DNA of 64,000 nt from NCBI GenBank assembly GCA_017654855.1, contig CM030335.1, forward strand, positions 1,302,001 through 1,366,000, written 5' to 3'. The stretch's first letter is position 1. Every line of letters begins with the position of its first letter. The DNA comes from Podospora anserina. Its lineage: Eukaryota. Below, piece by piece: positions 27,595 to 39,184 of the stretch. The position numbers and the translations under genes were made by a program. The notes beneath the pieces are model-generated. The model searched no databases. It was not told where the DNA came from and saw nothing but the letters and a program-made list of their open reading frames with translations.

Positions 27595-28324
27595 TTTATT
27601 TTTATTTTTATTTTTTATAGTATATAAAGTTACTATTAAAGTATATTTTATATTGCTAGCATTTCAATAGTTTTTCTTTAAAGTTAAATTATATATAAAG
27701 ATAGCTAGAGCATTAACATCTAGTTATTTTATAACTTGAAAAAACTTTTATAAAAACACTATCTACCTATATAAATTTAAGTTTTTATAAATAGAGAAAC
27801 GTATCTAATATATCTTTTACAAATAAATATCCAATTTTAGTAAGTACTCTTTAAAGGTTTTTTTTTAAAAAAAAATTAATGGCTGAGGTTACTATTAAAC
27901 TTATTTTCGATGCCTTCAACGTGTTTTCTTTATAGCTTTTTTCAATGTTACCCCTTTCTTACCTATTTGTTCTGCTATGCTTTCTTCTGGCCCCTGATCG
28001 ATAGACATTGTTCTTTTGTTACTGTTGCTTGCCCTTTTGCCCAGTGGTGGGTTCAGTTCTGAACCCCGAGCAACCGCTCCCCGCTTGACTTCGAACATAA
28101 GCCCATTTCTGCCTCAATCGGATATTACACTTTCCAGCACCACCCCCTCTTTTCTCACGGCACTTGTTATTAAACACTGGGAACTCAAATCACCGTCTAT
28201 CCATAAAGAATGGAGCTGCTCCCGTCCCCGTCAGACCATGGTCGAGTACCACCGTTCCAAGTCATATTATCATCGACTTACCCATCTTAACAGAAGTCCT
28301 GCTTTGCATTCTGTTACATTGACG

Positions 28325-29170
28325 ATGCCTTCCACGAGTCACATCAACATCTGGGCTGTTCTTGCTGCCACAGTCCAACTAGCTGCAGGCATTCCTTTGT
28401 CACCGGCCGCGGCAGACTGCAACCGCGCCGTTCTGGCAGAGGCAGCAGACGCCTATGTTGCTAGCCAGAAAGCTGGCAGCCTGGCTCCCCTGCAAGAATT
28501 TGTTGCCAGTGGTTGGGAGTACGAGGAGAACAACAAGCGTATTGATGCAACGAAGTCCGTTCTGACACAAGGATTGGCCATTGACCACCGACGTACCATC
28601 TATGACCTCGTCGACTGTGCCACATTCACCGAGCTCATTGCCGCAAACAACCCACAGCCACATGTGATTGGCACTCAAATCCGCCACGGTGCGGACGGCA
28701 AAGTAACCCTCATTGACAGTGTCGCCTCCACGACTGGGTCATGGCTCTTTAATGCTCAAAATACGCTCAAATACGCCCTTCAGGAGAAATGGGACATCAT
28801 CCCTGAGGGAAAGCGGGACAGTAGAGAGAAGATCAAGGCGGCCGGCGACGCCTACATGTCGATGTGGGATGATGCCAAAGCCTCGAGCCTCGTCCCCTGG
28901 GGGGCGCCGTGTGCGAGGTTGGAGGGCGGCGCTTATACAGGCAGAGGTGATGAGGACACATGCAGGCAAGGAATCCCGACAAACAGTAGCCAGGCACCCA
29001 ATACGCGCCGCCGCTATGTTATCGACGAGTCTATGGGGTCTATCAATATTCTTTGTGTTTGGGAGCACATGATGAACGCGGCCGACAGTCATGAATTCCG
29101 CCTTGAGAACGGAAAGGTACGATATATTCACACTATGACTGAGTGTGGAGGCCGAGTATGCAGGCTGTAG
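28325..29170 (+). CDS. Secreted protein of unknown function (DUF8021-like), 281 aa, no introns
   Basis: ATG at 28325 gives a signal peptide (NIWAVLAATVQLAAG). Motifs AADAY, CATFTELI, VPWGAPCARLEGG and DSHEFRLE resemble a conserved fungal secreted family; the family name is from memory. Confidence 0.8.
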   Translation: MPSTSHINIWAVLAATVQLAAGIPLSPAAADCNRAVLAEAADAYVASQKAGSLAPLQEFVASGWEYEENNKRIDATKSVLTQGLAIDHRRTIYDLVDCATFTELIAANNPQPHVIGTQIRHGADGKVTLIDSVASTTGSWLFNAQNTLKYALQEKWDIIPEGKRDSREKIKAAGDAYMSMWDDAKASSLVPWGAPCARLEGGAYTGRGDEDTCRQGIPTNSSQAPNTRRRYVIDESMGSINILCVWEHMMNAADSHEFRLENGKVRYIHTMTECGGRVCRL

Positions 29171-29730
29171 GGAGCAAATAGCGAACTGTAGAGGAGCAGC
29201 TATTATTCTGCTGAAGCATGTTCAAGGTCTTGTTAATCGATTGGTTTATGGTGTAAATTAGGTAGGCTTACGAAAAGCAAAAAAACCGAGATGCTCCAGG
29301 CTTTTAGAAAACCATGATGCTTAGTACCTGTGCTGTGGGAAGCGGCTATTCTCATTGTCAAGAGGGGAAGCCCCTGAATATATGTGAAACCTCAAGGCAC
29401 ATTTGGCATTTGTGTGATGGACCAATCCGGCCTTTCGTTATTCCGTCCAACTACCAAGCAACGCCAAGCAGATGCTGCCAAGACAGCTATTGTATATACA
29501 CCACATAAGCATCACCCTCGTATCAGGCCCCCCCCCCCCAAGACCAGTATCATAAAACTGATACTACGCTAGATACATACATGCACGCTCAAATAGTGAC
29601 CAAAATAACTCACTGCCTTCTTAACACCCAAAGAAAACCGATACATAGAGCTAAAACCTGCCCGAAATCAATCCATGTTTAAAGCCCCCCACTGACAGTG
29701 ATAGCTACGAACAAAAACTGTGTCTGGACC

Positions 29731-32700
29731 TCACCAAAAGCTGCACCACCCTATATAGTGCTGGCAGAGATTCTCAAGCTTGGTAGCCTCAATGATCAGC
29801 TTATTAACCTGATCTTTAACAAGAAGCTCTTCGTTCGGCTTGAAATCACGACCCGTGAGTTTCTGGGAGACCCGGTCAAGCACTTCGACAGCCCGCGCAT
29901 TTTGCACCTCCGCAATCTCGATGGGGCCATGGACACCGTCATTGGTTATGCTTGGGAGCGGCGCGGCGGATGAGTTTGTACGCGCACGGCTACGCGCCCC
30001 GGTCAAGCCTTCGGGACCAGCTTGAGCTGCCAGGAACTCAGTCGGGGCCATCGGAGCCTCCAGTATGGAAGGCCGACGCACCCGTGCTGCCTGGGGCCCG
30101 GCAATAGCTTGCTCTCTCTCCGAATTGAAATGTGGTCCAGCGGGACTGGCCGGGTTGGTAAGACGCCACGTGAGTAGCGGGTCGTGAATGAACTAAAGTT
30201 ACGAGTTAGTACAAGACACGATATGTGGCTATAGGTGGTTCAACTTACAGCCTCGAGAACGGCCATAACGCTCTCCTTATTGTCACGCAAGACTCTCATC
30301 ACGTGTTCGCATGTAATCCGGAAGCTGCCCTCGATGTTGCTAACCTCCATGGCATAAGTAAGCATGCGGGTAAGCCTAAAAGGCACCCGCTCCGGGTACT
30401 TCTCACGCTTCATCGCCACCTCAAAGCAGTCGCCAAAGTCAATGTGAATGATCTTGCCCGTGATGCGGTCCAGCATCAGGTTGCTCGGATGACGGTCGCC
30501 CAAGCCCAGGATGTACCCGACCATCGACATGACGCCGAGGGAACGCGTGTAATTAGTTCGCCTGTCTAACCAGGCTTCGGAGCTCTTGCTCTTCAGCCAT
30601 AAGACCCGGTACAGATCCTGACCCGTTGTGTTATCAAGGGCATACCCAAACACTTCCACCTTCTGCATGAGTGTGAGGTTATCGTAGTCGGGCGCCATCT
30701 GAAGCATGATCCGATGCTCGATGTTAAGGAGAATCTTTCTTGACTCCCGATAATCACGGATAAGCTGGTGGATCGTGTCGCTGTCTGGGACCCAGCCGAG
30801 AAGACCCGAATTCTGCGACAGCGGAATAGCCGGGTAACGTTGGATGTTGAGATGGCGCTTGTAGCATTCCGAGTCGTTGGCCAAGAGCGTGTTGCAGAGG
30901 CCGAAGAGCTGCATGACACGCTCATCCTGCCTGATGTCCTCATGACCTTTGAGCAAGAAAGTGTACGTCTTACCGTCACTTCCAACAATGTCAAGTTTTC
31001 GCGGACGTTGCTTGCTGCTGATGACCGTAAAGGTGCCGTCAAAAGACATGATTCGGACAACCTCTTGGCCACTGCGATACGTTCCCGGCACCGCGAGCTC
31101 CAGGTCCCTGGCCTGGAGCAGGTCCGGAGAGCAGTAGGTCAGCTCCAGTGTGGTCATCTGTGGAAGCTGTCGGCTGATACGACGGAAAACCTGGTAGTAC
31201 AAGTCCCAGGCTTGGTTCAGGTCATTGACGTCCTCTGTTTCGCGATATTGCCGGCACCACTCGCGAGCCTCACCCAGATCACGGCCGAACGTCTGTGTAA
31301 ATGAAACCTCCCGGAGGGTTTGAGGGCCCTTTTCGAGCAGGTCGTGAAGGGGCTCGAGGGCATCAAACATTCCCTTGATATTGTGATCGCCAAAGTAGAG
31401 CCGGGAAGCCTCCTCCAGACCCTCATGCCATAGCTCGTGCCAGAGGACCGCGGTCCTAATAAGCTCGCGGCTCACCGTCTCTGCCTGCTCGACCAGCTTA
31501 TTACTGTGCTGACGGATTGTCTCCATAATGAGGCTGGCGGTCTTGGACCTGCGCGTGCTTTGTCGCGACTTCATGGCAACCGTCAAGGGGTAGACTAACG
31601 CCTGGGGGTGCGCACGACCGACATCAGACAACAGAGCATGGATCGACGCCTGAACCTTCTTGTTAGGTTGGGTAATGCGAGCGATCAACTGTGGAATGAC
31701 CTCAAGCCAGGTATCAACGCTGACACGACTGAAGCCCTCTGTCACAGTACTGGCGACATCGGGGTTGCCACCATATGTAAGCCAGAGTGTGAGCAAACGC
31801 AGCGTGTCTTGCAGAGAGCTTCCCGAAGAGAGCGAAATAGACTCGAAAAAACCATGCACAGCAGGCACGGCATACTGGATGATGACGCCGCTGTCTAGGT
31901 CCTTGCGAGATCCAAGGGCCTGCACCACTTCGAAGTTGGCCAAGGCCCAGGCATGCCAGGCCTTGTACCAGTGGCGATGATAATAGGTGGCCTTGTAGTA
32001 GCAGGAGAGGATGTCTTTGCGCCGTGTGTATTGCCAATCGTCCTTGTTCAGGGCAATCATCCAATCGCCCTGGCGGAGGTAGCACTTGGCAAGCAGCACC
32101 GTTTGTTCTGTCCAGTGACGCTGCACATCCGGGCTGAGTAATGCCGCCTCGTCGAACTCGGAAAAGGTAGAGGCCTGATGTAAGCCGTCAATTGCACCGT
32201 TACCGGCCTGGGTGGAAGCGGCTATTTGGTGTCTTGCGCTCTCTACCCTGTGGGCCGTCTCGTCAGTGAACTTGCGAAGGCAGTACAGCGTTCTCTCGGC
32301 GATGGTTCGGTCAGTGTTTCGCATCGCCGGCTGCAAACCGACCTCCCACTGGTACTTGAGTACTGCATACAGAACCGGAGACGCAAGTCTCTCGGCATCG
32401 GGGTCCATGGGGCGGTCGTGCCAGTGAGGGATCACTGTGTCCAGCGGCACATCCGACCCGATAAGCTGTCTCAGTGACTTCTCCGCCAAACCCATCCGTC
32501 CAGACTTGCGGCACAAGTTGGCGAACTTAGTCCACATGTGCATGTTCTCTGGTGGCGTGAGCACGAGCGACCGGAGTCGCAGCATGCGCTGCCATACCTC
32601 AACGTTTCGCTGGCACCCCTTGAGACGAGTCTCCCATGTTGCCCGCAAACTGGCTTGCTTTTCAGCATCGCACTGCTTGTAGATGATCAATTCTTCCAAC

Positions 32701-35700
32701 TCTGCAAGCATCTGAACGCGCACAACAACTTGGTATGCCCTGTTGTAGGATTCGCTCACGAGGGCGCTCAGCTCTGTATCGAGACCTTCTCGAGCTTGGT
32801 CGATGCAGCCCAGGGCTTCTCGGAACTGATTGCGGTGGAGGGCTAAGATGGCGCCGAAGAAGGCGCGATCTGGTGAGAATCGTTTCATAGACTGCAGGTA
32901 GTTATCCATAGAGTCCCATTTCCCGAGCCCCCAGGCAGCCGTGGTGGCAAGGCCTGCGATCATGCGTTGAACCTCTGGTGCCGAGTTTGACCATGTCTTG
33001 CCAGCCAGCGAGGCTAGCGAATCCCACTCACCCAGCGCATGGTAGCAACGCATCTTGCCCATGACAATGTCGACCGGTGTGGGCTGGTCAGGCGGAAGCT
33101 CGCGTTCGCGTTGGCAGTAAAAGTTAAGCGCCTCATCCCAGCGTTCCAGCTTCTCGAACCAGCTTTCCCGCAGCGTGATCCCGTCCTTGTACGCCTTCAC
33201 CTTAGTCAAGATACCAATGGCGGCATCGGACTGCTGCAACTGATTGTTAATCACAATCAGGGCTTCGACCGCGTGACTGTTGTGGTCCTGAAGAAACTCG
33301 AGTTCTTTGTAATGCAGCGCTTTGGCATAGGCGTGACATCTTGCCGCCTCACGTCCCAAGGTTCGAATGTCGATTGGTAGGGCCTTGTCATCATGTTCCA
33401 TGAACTCGGCAAGGTTCAGCAAAAGGCCCAGAAGATCAGGAGGCACATTCTCGGATTTGATTGTGTTTTCGATGTTGGTGATCAGTTCCTCCTGCACGAG
33501 CATTAGTAAACTTGCCGGGGGATCGCGGCAACTCAGTTCTTGGCCTACCTGAAATTGTTCGTACAGCTCGCTCCAGCATGAGACGAAGGCAGAGTTGAAG
33601 AGCTCCCTTGCCAGTGGCTGATAAGTGCTTGCCAAACTGGCGCAAGCTCGGAGTGAGTGATTCGGGGACTCAGAAAGTAACGTCGTGCTAAACTTGCGGA
33701 ACCACTCGTGCCAGTCGTCTTTAGTAGACTTACCCTTGGTTTCCCAGGCTTGCCGTAAATGCATGGGGTTGAGATCCAACTTCTTGGGCGGGCTGTTTTC
33801 AGAGGCATGAAGCTCGACTGCATTGTCCTCGAAGCGCGGCGCGAGGTTAGGCGGTAATGTTTCCCCTTTCTTGAGCTTTTCGACGGCCTTGTCATAGTTG
33901 GAGTGTTGGAGGCCGTATGTTGAGATGGTTTTGTGGACGGTGTGTTCAAAGTGCAAATAATCACGCCCCAGCTGCAACATGAGGGCACATAGCGTGTCGA
34001 GGGCAGCCACTCTTAGACTTGGTTCGTGGCTGGCAAGGACCCGGGTGAGGGGGTGGATGATTTTGGACGCATAGTCGTTGAGATTCACCATGCTCGAGAG
34101 CTTGCCAATCGTTTCAATGGCAGACTTGCGCAGAAACATGGGTTGGGCCGAGTTGTCGAAGAGACGTACCAACACGGGGATGATGAGGTGCATATACTCC
34201 TCGGCGCTTGAGCCGAACACTAGGAAAGCATGAAAGATCTTTTCGGTCGGTTGCCGCTTGGTGGTGGTGTCCTTTTCCAGCAAGCCGAGCATCATCGGGA
34301 GGAGACTGGCAAGGTAGACCTTGAACTCGCCCTCTAGGGAGCGTGCAATGGACTCGATCAACGACATGATGGTGGTCTGGAGCGAATATGTCGTGTCCCA
34401 ATACTCCTGGAGAACCTCGATGATGTCCGGGAGGTAGACCCTGATATGCTGACGGACAATTCCAACAAGCCTACTAAGGTGGTTGAAATAGAAGTCGAGT
34501 CGCGTTTGGCTCGAGGCGCGGATCACGGCGATAAAGGCAGGCACCACACGGTCGAGGAACTGGACACACTTGAGCCCAAGCGTGATGAAGATGCTCATGA
34601 TGGCATCCACCACGTTTCCGTGCCACTGCACCAACGACTGGTCTTTGAGGATCTGGAGAAGGGCATTAATAACAACGGTTGGGTAGTAGTCCTCCTGTGA
34701 AGGGGTTAGTCCGCCCATCATGAGGGACACATCAGTGAGTTGGGTTGCTTCGGTTTGCTTCTGTGTGCGCGGCGCGCGATCTTCGACCTGCTGTTCTGGA
34801 GTTTTAGCCTTGTTTTTCGACGTTACTTTGCGCTTCTGCTTTTCAACCACTTCAGGAGGGGAGTACGGTCCGAGAAAGAGGGCGACGTTGTCGTTCTCAT
34901 CGTCCGAATCATCCGAGTCTTCCATGGTTGGAGTAGCAGAGGACAATGCGCTGAAATGGGCGTGGCGAAGGGGAACAAAAGAACAGTTGCGCTGTACCTG
35001 ATATTTGTAGGGATCGAGTGCTCCCAGGATGCCCATCACCTTGATGGTTTCCTGTCGTAAAAGCCCGCGCTGAGGCTCGCCCCGGATGATGGACTGCAGG
35101 ATCTCAAGAAGTTGGGGATACTCGAGGTAGGGTTTGATGACATAGCCTGTGTTACTGGCCAGCTGACCGAGGGTATGCAGGGCTGCCTCCCGTTTAACTG
35201 GTGCGCTTTGATCCTGCAATGCGTCAATGATGATGGGCATGAGATCCTTCTTGTAGTTTAGCATCTCTTCTCCACCAACGGTGCACAGTTCCCCGAGTGC
35301 TTGGAGGACAGTCGCAGCAACGGACGGGATCGGGTCGCGAGCTTTTGGCAGCAACACTTGGGTGATGGAGTTGACGTATGGTTTGACCAGCTCCTGAGCG
35401 TGCCGTGTGAGAAGACTGAGTAATCTCGAGCTTTCCTCCTTGCTCCGAGCCACATCTGTGTATTCAAGCTCTGTCAACATCTGAATGATGGTTTTTCGCA
35501 GCTGGGGGATAACATAGGCGGGATTGTGGCGAGCCAACCGGCCTATGATGGACACGGCCACCTCCCTGACGGCAAACTGTTCATCGTGGAGCGCGAAGAA
35601 CAAGGTGCGTATATTCTCAGCCTTGGCGAGATGCTGGTCAAATCGCTCGTCAAGGGCTGCTAGCAACGTCTGCCGTATTTTGGGTTCGGGATCCGAAACA

Positions 35701-37476
35701 CCCACAGTCAGGAGTCTCTCGATGACATCGGCGACCACTTGGAGGGCATGATAGCTTGTCTGGTTGACGATTGGGTCACGCACATAGAGCTGGCAGCAGG
35801 TGAGGGCAGCAGCCTCACGTGTTTCTGGGTCATCATCTTCGACGTATTTGATAGCGACGTCGCGGACGAATTCGTTCAAGACATGGCCTTGAAAATCAAA
35901 GCTGCCGAGCGTGTTGAGGGCCAACTTGACTTCATCCTTTGTCCGCTGGTGAGCAAGGGGGTCCTTTGGGTCTTTGGGAATATGAGGTATGGAAGCGAGC
36001 GAGTTTGGATGGGGTGCACCCAGAGGTCTGAAGGGTTCGCCGCAGAGAACTTTGCTCAGCATGTCCAACAGGCGCTCTTGAATGGTGGCTTTGACTGGGG
36101 GGATGTAGAACGCCATATCGACAAGGGCCTGTGTCAGTTTTGGCGTGAGCTCGCAGGCGAAGATGGGATCAAGAAGCGCCTCCATATACTTGCTCATTGT
36201 CTGACCCACGGCGACGGCCAATCGACTGATGCAGTCAAAAACAGGATCGACCGAGCTTCGTTTCCGGGACTGTACACTGAGACCCTCGCGAATATGGATG
36301 AGAACGCCGTCTAAATAGGGTGTGATTGCGCTCTTGACCGAATTGGCGATGTTGCCAATGGCAAGAAAGGCGTCGTTGCGGTCCTTGTCCTTCTTCAGCA
36401 TGCCCCCAAGATACACCATAAACATGTGCAAATAGCTCGCCGAGAACTCTGTCGGTGCATAGTTGGCCAGGTCCGGGATCAAAAGCACAACCGTCTTGCG
36501 GATGGCGGGATCGCGCGCGTCTTTGTGGCGGAAGACAATCTCACAGGCCTCTTGGTAGTGAGCCTGCATGTACATGCCACCCTGTTCAAGCAGCTCCTTG
36601 AGCACAAGAAGCGAGGCATGGATAAACTCAACCGTGTTGATCTTGAGCCCCTTGATCGCCTCGTTGAGCATCTTGTCCATCCAGTCCTTCTTCAGCTCCT
36701 GGTCTCGCTCACGAATGATTTTGAAACAGGCGCTAACGGTCTCGCTGGCAGTCTCGCGAATCAAGAGACGGGAGTCACGAAGGCCAATCCAAATCTGTTC
36801 AAAGACGTAGCCCACATAGTTATACATCAACGTAGGCGTGTTTCTGGCCAGCTCGCGAAGCACCAAGACTGCCGAGTACCGCCGTTCCTCGATTCGGTCA
36901 GACTGTAGCCACTCAAGCGCTGTTTGAACTTCGGAATCGACCAGTTCGGAAATCAAGGAACCGCCTGGCTTGCATAGTTTTCCAAGGACGACAGCGGCCG
37001 GCTGCATAGAGTTGATATCGCGGCCACGCAGGATGCTGCCAATGTAGTTCTGGAAGCGGGTGTACTTCAAGGCTGGTTCTATGCCGTCAAAATCGACCAA
37101 CGCATCCAGGATGTAAATTCCACCAAGACGGTCATACGTATCGGGACCTTGTATCAATAGATTCGTACGCTGATTGACATTATCGAAGAAGCGCTGGAAC
37201 TGTTCGGCACCCATCTCTGATATCTCGTTAGTACCTAGAGTCACTCTTGTAACACAGACTTGGAAATAACCTCACCCTGCTTGGCAGCATTGACCAGGTC
37301 TCTGATTTGGCGCGCGGCCCGTTTCCTTTGGTTTTCATCATAGTTTCTGCAATGCAAGCCAAACATTAGCAAGAAAGCAGCATGGAGCGCTCAGCAAACG
37401 CAAACACGAACCGATTCCTGATCTCCTTGATGTGCTGGTCCAGCGAGGTAGCTGTCTGATCTTTGACGGCGGACAT
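29731..37476 (-). CDS. TOR: Target of rapamycin (TOR) PIKK kinase
   Basis: HEAT repeats, FAT, FRB ([18 protein letters not shown]), kinase ([22 protein letters not shown]) and FATC ([12 protein letters not shown]). Predicted exons 37476-37412, 37346-37276, 37216-34998, 34790-33549, 33491-30249, 30192-29731. Confidence 0.99.
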
Positions 37477-38231
37477 CTTGTCCAGCCCTGGCGGTTTCTG
37501 CCGTTCTCCTCCTGAGGGTAGTGGATGGCCTCGACAAGCAAGCGCTACGTCGATCGCCGACAACCCATAGTCGATCGACGAAGAGAGCCGCAAGAAGGGC
37601 CAGGTTTTTGGGCTGCGAGTCCGCTTCCAAAAGAGAAAACTTGGGAATGGCCGGGGGACTGTGGTCGTGAGACACGTCGCGGGAGGTCAGACTCGGGGTC
37701 TTTTGGGTGGAAGGCTGAGTGAGAGTATGGATGCTGGCGGGGACGGGGACGGCGTCCAAGTTATGTATAGGGTGCCACGGCGAGAGATAGAGAAGGAACT
37801 TCGTCGTTGGGGCCGGGCGCGCGTTGGGTTGAATAAATGCAGGCAGGGTTTTGAGACAAAGGTGGCTGGCTGGTTGAGAGGTAAAGTGAAATAATCCGCT
37901 GAGATGGCGTCGCAGGAGAGGCTGCATCACTTGCACCCTTCTAATGCTTGTCCAAACCAAGAAGCTTAGGTCGGACGGAGGAGTGGGTGTCGTCGGTCGG
38001 CAGCGCAGTTGAGTTGCACTGGGGCCCCACTCTTGCAACGCTGTCACTAGGGCGAATGCATGCTAGTGCCCGTTTTGGCGTGCTGGGAAGACGGTACTGG
38101 TTTGCGGCAAACCTGCCATGCTGCACTCCTCTACACCAAGTATTCAGATCCTCAACTTCAACTTCCCACCACAGAAATCAAACCCACTAGCCTTGCGCTC
38201 TCAACGAACTTACTCTTAGACAGCTCTTACC

Positions 38232-39071
38232 ATGGGAAACGATGGAGGCTCCATTCCCAAGAGGCGTGAATTGGTCAAAGACGCAGCCCGCGCGCCAACA
38301 GTAAGCGAGCTCAAAGCAACCGCACACGAGAGTCTCAACCACGCTTGGACTCATGATCCCCTCACCTCGGAGCTTCTGGATCTCGAAAATGCCGTGTCTG
38401 ACTGGCGTGGCCGCCTCTACAACTACGAGTCCATTCTCAAGGGCCTGATGCCGGGCGACAGCGATGACACCAAAACCACCGAGTCAGCGAACGGCGAATC
38501 CCCGGAGGCTACTTTCGCATCTACCGGTATCAAATCTCTTCGAGATATTGTTAAGCTTAAGGTCAAACGGTACACATCCCCTGGAACAAAGGAAAAGGGA
38601 ATATGGGCCTGTCCGGTGACGCTAAAGGAGTTGGGGGCATCCACCAGATCTGTGTACCTTGTTCCATGTGGCCATGTCTTTGCCGAAACAGCCATCAAGC
38701 AGATACACGAAGAAGTCTGTCCCGAGTGTAGCGAGCCGTTTCACTCCGAGGACATCATCCCTATCTTGCCAACTGAGAAGTCCGACATGGAAAGACTAGC
38801 GGCAAGAAACGAAGCCCTCCGTGCAAAGGGCTTGACGCACAGTTTAAAGAAGGATAAATCATCCAGCAAAAAGAAACGCAAGGCCGACGAGGCCAATGGC
38901 ACTCGGTCCGCAACAGGAGAAGAGGACACTGTGAAGGCAACGCCCAAGTCAGCCACCTCGCACCGGGTGAGTGGCATCAACAATGCCATGACAGCGTCGC
39001 TTACTGCCAAGGTGCTTGCTGAGCAAGAGGAACGCAACAAGCGGAGGAAACTGGCTGCTGCAGGGAGCTAA
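38232..39071 (+). CDS. RTF2: Replication termination factor 2 (Rtf2 RING-like)
   Basis: Diagnostic N-terminus MGNDGGSIPKRRELVK; CPVT, PCGHVF and CPEC zinc motifs; basic C-terminus. Confidence 0.93.
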   Translation: MGNDGGSIPKRRELVKDAARAPTVSELKATAHESLNHAWTHDPLTSELLDLENAVSDWRGRLYNYESILKGLMPGDSDDTKTTESANGESPEATFASTGIKSLRDIVKLKVKRYTSPGTKEKGIWACPVTLKELGASTRSVYLVPCGHVFAETAIKQIHEEVCPECSEPFHSEDIIPILPTEKSDMERLAARNEALRAKGLTHSLKKDKSSSKKKRKADEANGTRSATGEEDTVKATPKSATSHRVSGINNAMTASLTAKVLAEQEERNKRRKLAAAGS

Positions 39072-39184
39072 CAAACAATGTATCTTTCAATTGTGCTTTG
39101 CAAGTGTCGCTATACGTAATATACCCAAATAAATACAATTTCACTATACACGCGCCTGACCACACCCTCCCCCATCGTGTCTCT

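Larger units (their letters stand above)
1..27900. repeat. AT-rich, RIP-degraded transposon block (heterochromatin-like)
   Basis: Very high AT and TpA content, no credible intact genes, and recognisable transposon relics carrying CAA->TAA type stops. Composition changes abruptly near 27.9-28.0 kb. Confidence 0.95.

Noticed and set aside
1-27900. Intact Starship or other giant transposon
   Set aside because: No DUF3435 captain gene or boundary repeats could be read. A fully degraded one cannot be excluded by eye.
28016-28324. N-terminal extension of the 384-aa ORF
   Set aside because: It starts at a non-ATG codon and looks like promoter or UTR sequence. The signal peptide follows ATG 28325.
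30225-36908. Many plus-strand and alternate-frame ORFs overlapping TOR
   Set aside because: Shadow ORFs expected from the codon bias of a long GC-rich gene; no recognisable motifs.
37391-38269. ORFs in the TOR/RTF2 intergenic region
   Set aside because: Low-complexity divergent promoter and UTR sequence without coding hallmarks.
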